Sequence record: NC_048063.1
DNA length: 39,382 nt
Source: Escherichia phage LL2
Direction: 5' to 3' (one strand)
Positions within the stretch are counted from its first letter, which is position 1; every line of letters starts with the position of its first letter. Positions 1-7,622 of the stretch are shown here, one piece after another. Both the position numbers and the translations under genes were made by a program. Below the pieces are notes generated by a model. The model saw nothing but the letters and a program-made list of their open reading frames with translations, did not search any database and was not told the origin of the DNA.

Positions 1-133
1 AAGCCTCCACCTAAAGACCAGACCTAAAGCCTCCACCTAAAGAGCGACGCTATCTTAAAGACAACCAGACCGATAGACCCACTGTTAACCTGTAGTGATG
101 CCCTGTAGTTGTCTATGGTGTCTATCGTCAATT

Positions 134-157
134 CAATTACCCTCACTAAAGGGAATA
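134..157 (+). promoter_or_regulatory. Phage RNAP promoter, phiOL-like (variant AATTA-CCCTCACTAAAGGGAAT, one A short of consensus)
   Basis: Match to the T3 promoter consensus AATTAACCCTCACTAAAGGGAGA; lies at the left end followed by an AT-rich stretch (158..225), as for T7 phiOL. Confidence 0.6.
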
Positions 158-209
158 AGGGATACTTAAAGGGGGAATTAAAGATTTAATAAAAGATTTA
201 AATTAATGG

Positions 210-239
210 TTGACTTTAAGTAACCCTTAAGGCTATTAT
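210..239 (+). promoter_or_regulatory. Host sigma70-type early promoter (A1-like): TTGACT, 18 nt spacer, TATTAT
   Basis: -35 TTGACT at 210..215 and -10-like TATTAT at 234..239; position equivalent to T7 A1. Confidence 0.45.
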
Positions 240-338
240 TCATCTCGTCAACGGGACAACGGCCTTAAAGCCACTCCCTGAGATACCGGAGTCAACCGGA
301 TAAGTAGACAGCCTGATAAGTCATACGAAAAACAGGCA

Positions 339-368
339 TTGACAACGCAAGGTAACAAGTAGTAAGAT
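339..368 (+). promoter_or_regulatory. Host sigma70-type early promoter (A2-like): TTGACA, 18 nt spacer, TAAGAT
   Basis: Consensus -35 TTGACA at 339..344, TAAGAT at 363..368; surrounding sequence resembles T7 A2 (TTGACAACATGAAGTAAC...TAAGAT). Confidence 0.55.
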
Positions 369-449
369 GTATCACATAACGTCAACCACCAAATCGGTGT
401 CTTCTAGGTGACTTAAGCGCACCACGGCACATAAAGTTAAACAAAGTGG

Positions 450-478
450 TTGACAACATGAAGTAAGAACGGTACGAT
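450..478 (+). promoter_or_regulatory. Host sigma70-type early promoter (A3-like): TTGACA, 17 nt spacer, TACGAT
   Basis: TTGACAACATGAAGTAAGAACGGTACGATGTACCACAT is almost identical to the T7 A3 promoter as I recall it. Confidence 0.6.
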
Positions 479-594
479 GTACCACATTGAAACGACAGTG
501 AGGCGGGACACTGAAAGCCGCTAGGGTCTAACGAAACCAGACCGACACGCTCTTTAACAATCTGGATAATAGCTCTTGAGTGTACCGTATAAGC

Positions 595-648
595 GAATAA
601 CTCAAGGTCGCACTGAAAGCGTGGCCTTTATGATATTCACTTAACACG
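595..648 (+). promoter_or_regulatory. RNase III processing-site hairpin (R0.3-like), member of ACTCAAGG...GCCTTTATGAT repeat family
   Basis: AACTCAAGGTCGCACTGAAAGCGTGGCCTTTATGATATTCAC; imperfect stem with G-U pairs; immediately upstream of gene 0.3. Confidence 0.5.
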
Positions 649-670
649 AACTAACATGAGGTAACACCAA

Positions 671-1129
671 ATGATTTTCACTAAAGAGCCTGCTAACGTC
701 TTCTATGTACTGGTGTCAGCTTTCCGTTCTAACCTCGACGATGAGGTGAACATGAGTCGCCACCGCCACATGGTAAGCACTTTACGTGCCGCACCGGGTC
801 TTTATGGCTCCGTTGAGTCAACCGATTTGACCGGGTGCTATCGTGAGGCAATCGCAAGCGCACCGACTGAGGAAAAAACGGTTCGTGTACGCTGCAAGGA
901 CAAGGCGCAGGCACTCAATGTTGCACGCTTAGCTTGCAATGAGTGGGAGCAAGATTGCGTACTGGTATACAAGTCACAGACTCACACGGCTGGTCTGGTG
1001 TACGCTAAAGGAATCGACGGTTACAAGGCTGAACGTCTGCCGGGTAGCTTCCAAGAAGTGCCTAAAGGCGCACCGCTTCAAGGCTGCTTCACGATTGATG
1101 AGTTCGGACGCCGCTGGCAAGTACAATAA
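671..1129 (+). CDS. 0.3: S-adenosylmethionine-cleaving enzyme (SAMase, anti-restriction), T3 gene 0.3 type
   Basis: 152 aa; translation MIFTKEPANVFYVLVSAFRSNL... matches my recollection of T3 SAMase in length and sequence; first gene after A promoters; RBS TGAGGT. Confidence 0.85.
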   Translation: MIFTKEPANVFYVLVSAFRSNLDDEVNMSRHRHMVSTLRAAPGLYGSVESTDLTGCYREAIASAPTEEKTVRVRCKDKAQALNVARLACNEWEQDCVLVYKSQTHTAGLVYAKGIDGYKAERLPGSFQEVPKGAPLQGCFTIDEFGRRWQVQ

Positions 1130-1134
1130 GTGTT

Positions 1135-1185
1135 AAACTCAAGGTCGCACTGTATGTGTGGCCTTTATGATTATCACTTAGCACG
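1135..1185 (+). promoter_or_regulatory. RNase III-site hairpin repeat (second copy)
   Basis: AAACTCAAGGTCGCACTGTATGTGTGGCCTTTATGATTATCAC, near-identical to copy at 595..648. Confidence 0.45.
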
Positions 1186-1201
1186 CTACAGGACTAACAT
1201 C

Positions 1202-1402
1202 ATGAGCAAACTTCTTGCAACATCTAAAATAGAAGGCCAATGCACCGTAACACTGCGTGAGTATTACCACGGGTCAATGGGAAGCACCTACGTTGTGCGA
1301 TACGGTAAACAGGTCACGCATTGGGTAAACCCGATTTTAGCACAAGAGGATTATCAATCTTGTGTGTTACACCAAACAACATGCGCAGGGTGGAATGACT
1401 AA
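1202..1402 (+). CDS. Small early protein of unknown function (66 aa)
   Basis: ATG at 1202 directly after the RNase III hairpin; weak RBS AGGA; the longer track ORF begins with GTG inside the hairpin, so I prefer 1202. Confidence 0.45.
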   Translation: MSKLLATSKIEGQCTVTLREYYHGSMGSTYVVRYGKQVTHWVNPILAQEDYQSCVLHQTTCAGWND

Positions 1403-1605
1403 TGACTATGTTGACAATATTTGTACTCACTGTGTACACTGCGATTGTGATGTATTTCCTGAGAGACTTTAAGAACGGTCTGGTAATACGTAAAGCAACG
1501 CTGAGTTACTTTAAGTGGGGATTCATCCCACGGTTTACGGTTCGTGAACGTAACGGACGCTTTAAGGCCAATAAGGTGGGAGTATTCTACATTGCTACGC
1601 ACTAA
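1402..1605 (+). CDS. Small early protein, hydrophobic N-terminus, unknown function (67 aa)
   Basis: ATG overlaps previous stop (TAATG); MTMLTIFVLTVYTAIVMYFL is a predicted membrane segment; position equivalent to T7/T3 0.6-class genes. Confidence 0.45.
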   Translation: MTMLTIFVLTVYTAIVMYFLRDFKNGLVIRKATLSYFKWGFIPRFTVRERNGRFKANKVGVFYIATH

Positions 1606-1762
1606 CTCAAAGCACGTAAAGATTGCACTGTATGCGATGGCTTATGGTGCATCGAAACGCAAGGTCAAACGCATCTTAGCGAGACACCGCAAGATGACCG
1701 CACGACAGGCTGCAAGCGCTGTCAAATGGGCTGAATTTACTCTTTACTCTTCTTACAGATAA
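1544..1762 (+). CDS. Small early ORF of unknown function; start uncertain (GTG 1544 or ATG 1637), possibly a frameshift extension of the previous ORF
   Basis: Open frame to 1762, basic C-terminus; overlaps previous ORF in another frame; T7 0.6B is reported to arise by frameshift from 0.6A. Confidence 0.3.
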   Translation: MNVTDALRPIRWEYSTLLRTNSKHVKIALYAMAYGASKRKVKRILARHRKMTARQAASAVKWAEFTLYSSYR

Positions 1763-1776
1763 CAGGACACTGAACG

Positions 1777-2889
1777 ATGACTTTCTCCGAAGCACAAGCC
1801 GCACTTGAAGCTATCCGCAATCTACCGATTGAGCGCCTGAACGAACGCCAGCCCATGCTGGTGACTCTTGCGGCTGCCATCGTGAACGATGAGACCCAAG
1901 ACGGGCAACTGACGCAGGCAGCAGGAAACACGGCGCTAGGGCGCATGGACTACTGGCAGACCCTAGCGGCGCGTATGCGTGATGTTGGTTTCATCAAGCT
2001 GGGCAATGGTCACTTTAGCGCAGCGTATGAGCACGCATTGTTGCCGGGCAAGGTTATCAAGGTAGGCTTTAAGAAAGAGGACTCAGGCGCTGCCTATGCT
2101 GCATTCTGCCGTATGAATCAGGGCCGTGAGGGTATCCCTACGGTGTACGACATTCAGCGTCATGCTGGTTGTTACACGGTGGTTCTTGATTATCTGAATC
2201 CGCTTAACTACTGGTGCGATGGTGAGAGTGATAAGATTCGTCACCACTTTCAGGCCGCAAGGGAAATCATTGAGGAGGATTGCTTCGATACCGCCGAAGA
2301 GTACCCAATAAGTGACAGCTTTATTGAGACCTGCAAGGATATCCGCAAGTTCTTCTTAGGAATCGCATCGTTCGATTGTCACAGCGGGAACATGATGAAA
2401 GACCAGATGGGACGCCTGATTATCACAGACCCGGTATCATTCAGCGCAGGCGACAAGTTAAGGCCGGGTGAGTTCCACTGTGACCCGGATGAACTCATCG
2501 CTGAGATTGAGGTGCTGAGGGCGCAGGAGGCTATCGAGCGCTGCAAGGCACGCAAGGCTAGGCGTGACCCTAAAGGAACCTTTCAGGCAGCGCGTAAAGC
2601 ACGCATCAAGTGGCGCAGAAAGGCCTCTAAGCGCGTGAAGCGCAACGCTAAGGTACTCGCTAGGATGCGCATGGACGCCAATCAGAATCGCAGGGATGAG
2701 CCTAGGGCGCGTATGGTGTGGGGCGATAAGCACTGGCGCAACGCTTGGATGCACCACAACAACCTAAACTTTGCAGAACTGGAGCGCCGCGCTGCTGCGG
2801 CAATGATGATGATGCACGACGAGGTGCGCATTCAGTGGGGCAAACCGTTACACATAGACGCATACCTTGACAGGAGACTGCAAGGCTGA
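1777..2889 (+). CDS. 0.7: Serine/threonine protein kinase, host shut-off (gp0.7)
   Basis: 370 aa; the segment LGNGHFSAAYEHALLPGKVIKVGFKKEDSGAAYAAFCRM...GIPTVYDIQRHAGCYTVVLD closely matches T7 gp0.7 kinase domain; basic Arg/Lys-rich C-terminal tail. Confidence 0.85.
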   Translation: MTFSEAQAALEAIRNLPIERLNERQPMLVTLAAAIVNDETQDGQLTQAAGNTALGRMDYWQTLAARMRDVGFIKLGNGHFSAAYEHALLPGKVIKVGFKKEDSGAAYAAFCRMNQGREGIPTVYDIQRHAGCYTVVLDYLNPLNYWCDGESDKIRHHFQAAREIIEEDCFDTAEEYPISDSFIETCKDIRKFFLGIASFDCHSGNMMKDQMGRLIITDPVSFSAGDKLRPGEFHCDPDELIAEIEVLRAQEAIERCKARKARRDPKGTFQAARKARIKWRRKASKRVKRNAKVLARMRMDANQNRRDEPRARMVWGDKHWRNAWMHHNNLNFAELERRAAAAMMMMHDEVRIQWGKPLHIDAYLDRRLQG

Positions 2890-2959
2890 TAGAGTCTTTT
2901 CTTACAGGTCATCATTAGATGGCCTGAATAGGAACGATTTATTCACAATGAGGTAAGCA

Positions 2960-5614
2960 ATGAACATCATCGAAAACATCGAAAAGAATGACTTCTCCGA
3001 AATCGAACTGGCTGCTATCCCGTTCAACACATTGGCAGACCACTACGGTAGCGCATTGGCTCGTGAACAACTGGCTTTAGAACATGAGTCTTATGAGTTA
3101 GGCGAGCGCCGCTTCCTCAAGATGCTTGAGCGTCAGGCGAAAGCTGGTGAGATTGCAGACAACGCAGCCGCTAAGCCATTACTCGCTACGCTTCTCCCTA
3201 AGTTAACCGCACGCATCGTTGAGTGGCTCGAAGAGTACGCCTCTAAGAAGGGCCGCAAGCCTGTAGCCTACGCACCACTCCAATCACTCAAGCCGGAGGC
3301 GTCCGCGTTTATCACACTCAAGGTTATCCTTGCGTCACTGACCAGCACGAACATGACAACCATTCAGGCCGCTGCTGGTATGCTGGGTAAGGCCATTGAG
3401 GATGAGGCACGTTTCGGGCGTATCCGTGACCTCGAAGCGAAGCACTTCAAGAAGCACGTTGAGGAACAGCTTAACAAGCGCCACGGGCAAGTCTACAAGA
3501 AAGCCTTTATGCAGGTGATAGAGGCCGATATGATTGGTCGAGGTCTGCTTGGTGGCGAGGCATGGTCTAGCTGGGATAAAGAAACTACGATGCACGTAGG
3601 GATTCGCCTGATTGAAATGCTTATCGAGTCCACTGGTCTGGTGGAATTACAGCGACACAACGCAGGTAACGCAGGTTCTGACAATGAGGCACTGCAACTG
3701 GCCCAAGAGTACGTCGATGTGTTAGCGAAGCGTGCAGGAGCACTGGCTGGCATCTCTCCGATGTTCCAACCGTGTGTTGTACCGCCGAAACCTTGGGTAT
3801 CAATCACAGGTGGCGGCTATTGGGCTAACGGTCGCAGACCTTTGGCACTCGTTCGCACTCACTCTAAGAAGGGACTGATGCGCTATGAGGATGTTTACAT
3901 GCCAGAAGTTTACAAGGCGGTCAACATCGCACAGAACACCGCATGGAAAATCAACAAGAAAGTTCTTGCGGTTGTCAATGAGATTGTTAACTGGAAGAAT
4001 TGCCCGGTCGCAGACATTCCATCGCTGGAGCGCCAAGAGTTACCGCCTAAGCCGGACGACATTGACACCAACGAGGCAGCGCTCAAGGAGTGGAAGAAAG
4101 CCGCCGCTGGTATCTACCGCTTGGACAAGGCACGAGTGTCTCGCCGTATCAGCTTAGAGTTCATGCTGGAACAGGCCAACAAGTTTGCAAACAAGAAAGC
4201 AATCTGGTTCCCTTACAACATGGACTGGCGCGGTCGTGTGTACGCTGTGCCAATGTTCAACCCGCAAGGCAACGACATGACGAAAGGCCTGCTGACCCTC
4301 GCTAAAGGCAAGCCAATCGGTGAGGAAGGTTTCTACTGGCTGAAAATCCACGGTGCGAACTGTGCGGGTGTCGATAAGGTTCCTTTCCCTGAGCGCATCG
4401 CGTTCATTGAGAAGCACGTAGACGACATTCTGGCTTGCGCTAAAGACCCAATCAATAACACTTGGTGGGCCGAGCAGGATTCACCTTTCTGCTTCCTCGC
4501 GTTCTGCTTCGAGTATGCAGGCGTTGCGCACCACGGTCTGAGCTACAATTGCTCACTGCCGCTGGCGTTCGACGGGTCTTGCTCTGGTATCCAGCACTTC
4601 TCCGCGATGCTCCGCGATGAGGTAGGTGGTCGTGCGGTTAATCTGCTGCCAAGCGAAACCGTGCAGGACATTTACGGCATCGTTGCACAGAAAGTGAACG
4701 AGATTCTCAAACAGGATGCAATCAACGGAACACCTAACGAGATGATTACCGTGACCGACAAGGACACCGGGGAAATCTCTGAGAAGCTCAAGCTGGGAAC
4801 CTCAACGCTGGCGCAACAGTGGCTGGCATATGGTGTAACCCGTAGCGTAACTAAACGTTCGGTCATGACGCTGGCTTACGGTTCTAAGGAGTTCGGCTTT
4901 CGTCAACAGGTACTGGACGACACCATTCAGCCTGCGATTGACAGCGGTAAGGGCTTGATGTTCACCCAACCTAACCAAGCGGCTGGCTATATGGCTAAGC
5001 TGATTTGGGACGCGGTGAGCGTGACCGTAGTCGCAGCGGTTGAGGCGATGAACTGGCTAAAGTCTGCCGCCAAGCTGCTGGCTGCTGAGGTCAAGGACAA
5101 GAAAACCAAGGATATTCTGCGCCACCGTTGCGCGGTTCACTGGACTACGCCGGACGGCTTCCCGGTCTGGCAGGAATACCGCAAGCCACTCCAGAAGCGT
5201 CTCGATATGATTTTCTTAGGGCAATTCCGTCTGCAACCGACGATTAATACCCTCAAGGATTCAGGCATTGACGCGCACAAGCAGGAGTCTGGCATCGCTC
5301 CTAACTTTGTTCACTCACAGGATGGTAGCCATCTACGCATGACAGTCGTTTATGCTCACGAGAAGTATGGCATTGAGTCCTTTGCGCTCATCCATGACAG
5401 CTTTGGGACTATTCCGGCAGACGCTGGTAAGCTCTTTAAGGCTGTGCGTGAAACGATGGTTCTCACCTACGAGAACAACGATGTGCTGGCAGACTTCTAT
5501 GACCAGTTTGCAGACCAGCTACACGAGACCCAACTGGACAAGATGCCTCCGCTTCCGAAGAAAGGAAATCTGAACCTGCAAGACATTCTCAAGTCTGACT
5601 TTGCCTTTGCATAA
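2960..5614 (+). CDS. 1: Single-subunit DNA-dependent RNA polymerase (gene 1)
   Basis: 884 aa, same length as T3 RNAP; start MNIIENIEKNDFSEIELAAIPFNTLADHYG and end ...HSQDGSHLRMTVVYAHEKYGIESFALIHDSFGT...DFAFA are T7/T3 RNAP hallmarks; promoters in the window are T3-type. Confidence 0.97.
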   Translation: MNIIENIEKNDFSEIELAAIPFNTLADHYGSALAREQLALEHESYELGERRFLKMLERQAKAGEIADNAAAKPLLATLLPKLTARIVEWLEEYASKKGRKPVAYAPLQSLKPEASAFITLKVILASLTSTNMTTIQAAAGMLGKAIEDEARFGRIRDLEAKHFKKHVEEQLNKRHGQVYKKAFMQVIEADMIGRGLLGGEAWSSWDKETTMHVGIRLIEMLIESTGLVELQRHNAGNAGSDNEALQLAQEYVDVLAKRAGALAGISPMFQPCVVPPKPWVSITGGGYWANGRRPLALVRTHSKKGLMRYEDVYMPEVYKAVNIAQNTAWKINKKVLAVVNEIVNWKNCPVADIPSLERQELPPKPDDIDTNEAALKEWKKAAAGIYRLDKARVSRRISLEFMLEQANKFANKKAIWFPYNMDWRGRVYAVPMFNPQGNDMTKGLLTLAKGKPIGEEGFYWLKIHGANCAGVDKVPFPERIAFIEKHVDDILACAKDPINNTWWAEQDSPFCFLAFCFEYAGVAHHGLSYNCSLPLAFDGSCSGIQHFSAMLRDEVGGRAVNLLPSETVQDIYGIVAQKVNEILKQDAINGTPNEMITVTDKDTGEISEKLKLGTSTLAQQWLAYGVTRSVTKRSVMTLAYGSKEFGFRQQVLDDTIQPAIDSGKGLMFTQPNQAAGYMAKLIWDAVSVTVVAAVEAMNWLKSAAKLLAAEVKDKKTKDILRHRCAVHWTTPDGFPVWQEYRKPLQKRLDMIFLGQFRLQPTINTLKDSGIDAHKQESGIAPNFVHSQDGSHLRMTVVYAHEKYGIESFALIHDSFGTIPADAGKLFKAVRETMVLTYENNDVLADFYDQFADQLHETQLDKMPPLPKKGNLNLQDILKSDFAFA

Positions 5615-5625
5615 CAAGCACTTAG

Positions 5626-5648
5626 CATTAACCCTCACTAACGGGAGA
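5626..5648 (+). promoter_or_regulatory. Phage RNAP promoter (phi1.05-like) CATTAACCCTCACTAACGGGAGA
   Basis: 22/23 match to T3 consensus; just after gene 1 stop. Confidence 0.75.
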
Positions 5649-5700
5649 CTACTTAAGGTCTCCCACTTTAAGACACTTTAGGTACTAAGAGATTAAATTT

Positions 5701-5973
5701 ATGATTAACATTAAGACTTTCTTTAAGAACATCTTTAAGTTAAACCGCTTGACTTCCGTTAAGTTCTACGCTTGGATGCCCGGTAGTGATGACCTCCGCA
5801 AGACTGAATTTAAGTTAGGCTTAGGGCCGTGCGGTAAGGTGGTCACGAAGTTGGAATGTTACTCAACGTCCTCCGGGATGGTCATCTTCCAGACCACTGA
5901 GGACAACGAAACGAAATCCTTCTACTACCCGAAAGGTTCAACGTGTGGTCGTATCGAACGGACATACAGTTAA
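5701..5973 (+). CDS. Hypothetical protein (gene 1.05-position), 90 aa
   Basis: ORF bounded by two phage promoters; AT-rich 5' end; weak RBS; stop TAA lies inside the next promoter. Confidence 0.45.
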   Translation: MINIKTFFKNIFKLNRLTSVKFYAWMPGSDDLRKTEFKLGLGPCGKVVTKLECYSTSSGMVIFQTTEDNETKSFYYPKGSTCGRIERTYS

Positions 5974-5990
5974 CCCTCACTAACGGGAGA
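5968..5990 (+). promoter_or_regulatory. Phage RNAP promoter (phi1.1-like) AGTTAACCCTCACTAACGGGAGA
   Basis: Consensus match. Confidence 0.75.
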
Positions 5991-5992
5991 GT

Positions 5993-6047
5993 TAAACTTA
6001 AGGTCATCAACAACGGTGGCCTTTGTGATTAACTTTCAATACACATC
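5993..6047 (+). promoter_or_regulatory. RNase III-site hairpin repeat (R1.1-like)
   Basis: AACTTAAGGTCATCAACAACGGTGGCCTTTGTGATTAAC, same family as 595..648. Confidence 0.45.
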
Positions 6048-6065
6048 AACATGAGGTAAGATACT

Positions 6066-6206
6066 ATGCGTACCAACTTTGAGAAATTTACCAAGCGCGA
6101 TTCAGTAGTCAACGAGCATGGCGAACAGTGGCAAGAGCGCCGTGACCGCATGAAGAAACGCCACAAGCAACAGCGCGGTAACTCACAGAAACGGGAGTGG
6201 AACTAA
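6066..6206 (+). CDS. 1.1: Gene 1.1-like small basic protein (46 aa)
   Basis: MRTNFEKFTKR... resembles T7 gp1.1 (MRNFEKMTKR...); RBS TGAGGT 8 nt upstream. Confidence 0.6.
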   Translation: MRTNFEKFTKRDSVVNEHGEQWQERRDRMKKRHKQQRGNSQKREWN

Positions 6207-6208
6207 CG

Positions 6209-6481
6209 ATGGGACGTATCTATAGCGGCAACCTGTACGATTATAAAGATGCGGTAGCGCGTCTACAGAAAGACCATGACGTGACCGTGAAGGTGGAGTC
6301 ATTCAGCTATGAAAACCCAGCGAAGATGTGCAGGTCATCCGGTGAGGTTCTCCGCGTGTTCACATGCTCAGGGCATCCGGTGGCATCCAGAACCTTCGAG
6401 CATAGCGACAGCGATGTACAAATCAACGCGCAGACTGCATGGCTCCGTAAGGTTCACAGCGATTTGAAACACTGGAAGTAA
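6209..6481 (+). CDS. 1.2: Gene 1.2-like protein (host dGTPase inhibitor family), 90 aa
   Basis: MGRIYSGNLYDYKDA... and C-terminal ...DLKHWK resemble T7 gp1.2 (MGRLYSGNL...QLKDWK); stop inside next promoter. Confidence 0.7.
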   Translation: MGRIYSGNLYDYKDAVARLQKDHDVTVKVESFSYENPAKMCRSSGEVLRVFTCSGHPVASRTFEHSDSDVQINAQTAWLRKVHSDLKHWK

Positions 6482-6501
6482 TAACCCTCACTAACAGGAG
6501 A
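6479..6501 (+). promoter_or_regulatory. Phage RNAP promoter (phi1.3-like) TAATAACCCTCACTAACAGGAGA
   Basis: Consensus match. Confidence 0.7.
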
Positions 6502-6502
6502 A

Positions 6503-6556
6503 TCCTCAAGGTCATCTTAATTGGTGGCCTTTGTGATTCGAACTGATTAACTTTCA
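6503..6556 (+). promoter_or_regulatory. RNase III-site hairpin repeat (R1.3-like)
   Basis: CCTCAAGGTCATCTTAATTGGTGGCCTTTGTGATTCG. Confidence 0.45.
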
Positions 6557-6575
6557 ACCAATGAGGAACAACCGT

Positions 6576-7622
6576 ATGAACATCTTCAATACCAACCCAT
6601 TCAAAGCTGTGTCATTCGTAGAATCTGCCGTTAAGAAAGCGCTGGAGACCTCCGGCTACCTGATTGCTGACATTAAGTACGATGGTGTGCGCGGTAACAT
6701 CGTGGTTGACAACGTGGCTGAGGCTGCATGGCTGTCCCGTGTGTCCAAGTTCATCCCGGCGCTGGAACATCTGAACGGTTTCGATAAGCGCTGGCAACAA
6801 CTGATGAATGATGACCGCTGCGTTTTCCCTGATGGCTTCATGCTGGATGGCGAACTGATGGTCAAGGGCGTAGACTTCAACACAGGGTCTGGCCTGCTGC
6901 GTACCAAGTGGCTCAAGAAGGATAACGCCGAGTTCCATAACGTAATGGTCACACCAGACATGCTCAAGCCACGTAAGGTGGGAGTAGCTAAACGGGTTCG
7001 CACCCCCTTTAAGTTGGACACTAAGCGCCTGAGCGTGCGCCTGTATGCTGTCATGCCGATTCACATTGCGGAGTCTGGCGAGGACTATGATGTACAGAAC
7101 CTGCTGATGCCATATCATGTGGAAGCCATGCGCTCTCTTCTGGTCGAATACTTCCCGGAAATCGAGTGGCTTATCGCTGAGACCTACGAGGTCTACGATA
7201 TGGATTCGCTGACTGAACTGTACGAAGAGAAGCGTGCCGAAGGTCACGAGGGTCTCATTGTGAAAGACCCACAAGGCATCTACAAGCGAGGCAAGAAGTC
7301 TGGCTGGTGGAAATGCAAGCCTAATGACGAAGCCGATGGTGTTATTCAGGGTGTCAATTGGGGTACGCCGGGTCTTGCAAACGAAGGTAAAGTTATCGGG
7401 TTCTCTGTGCTTCTTGAGACTGGTCGTCTGGTTGACGCCAACAACATCTCTCGCGCATTGATGGATGAGTTTACCGCGAATGTTAAAGAACATGGCGAGG
7501 ATTACTACAACGGGTGGGCCTGCCAGATTGGATATATGGAGGAAACACCTGATGGCTCATTGCGACACCCCTCATTCACCTGCTTCCGAGGAACTGAGGA
7601 CAATCCACAAGAGAAAGTATAA
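6576..7622 (+). CDS. 1.3: ATP-dependent DNA ligase (gene 1.3)
   Basis: MNIFNTNPFKAVSFVESA...IKYDGVRG (adenylation lysine motif KYDG) and C-terminal GWACQIGYMEETPDGSLRHPSFTCFRGTEDNPQEK match T7 ligase; start chosen at second ATG with GAGGA RBS. Confidence 0.9.
   Translation: MNIFNTNPFKAVSFVESAVKKALETSGYLIADIKYDGVRGNIVVDNVAEAAWLSRVSKFIPALEHLNGFDKRWQQLMNDDRCVFPDGFMLDGELMVKGVDFNTGSGLLRTKWLKKDNAEFHNVMVTPDMLKPRKVGVAKRVRTPFKLDTKRLSVRLYAVMPIHIAESGEDYDVQNLLMPYHVEAMRSLLVEYFPEIEWLIAETYEVYDMDSLTELYEEKRAEGHEGLIVKDPQGIYKRGKKSGWWKCKPNDEADGVIQGVNWGTPGLANEGKVIGFSVLLETGRLVDANNISRALMDEFTANVKEHGEDYYNGWACQIGYMEETPDGSLRHPSFTCFRGTEDNPQEKV

Noticed and set aside
1130-1201. N-terminal extension of the first small early ORF (GTG start at 1130)
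   Set aside because: The extension would be translated from within the RNase III-site hairpin and lacks an RBS; ATG 1202 is preferred.
6612-7493. 293-aa minus-strand ORF
   Set aside because: Antisense to the DNA ligase gene; shadow ORF.
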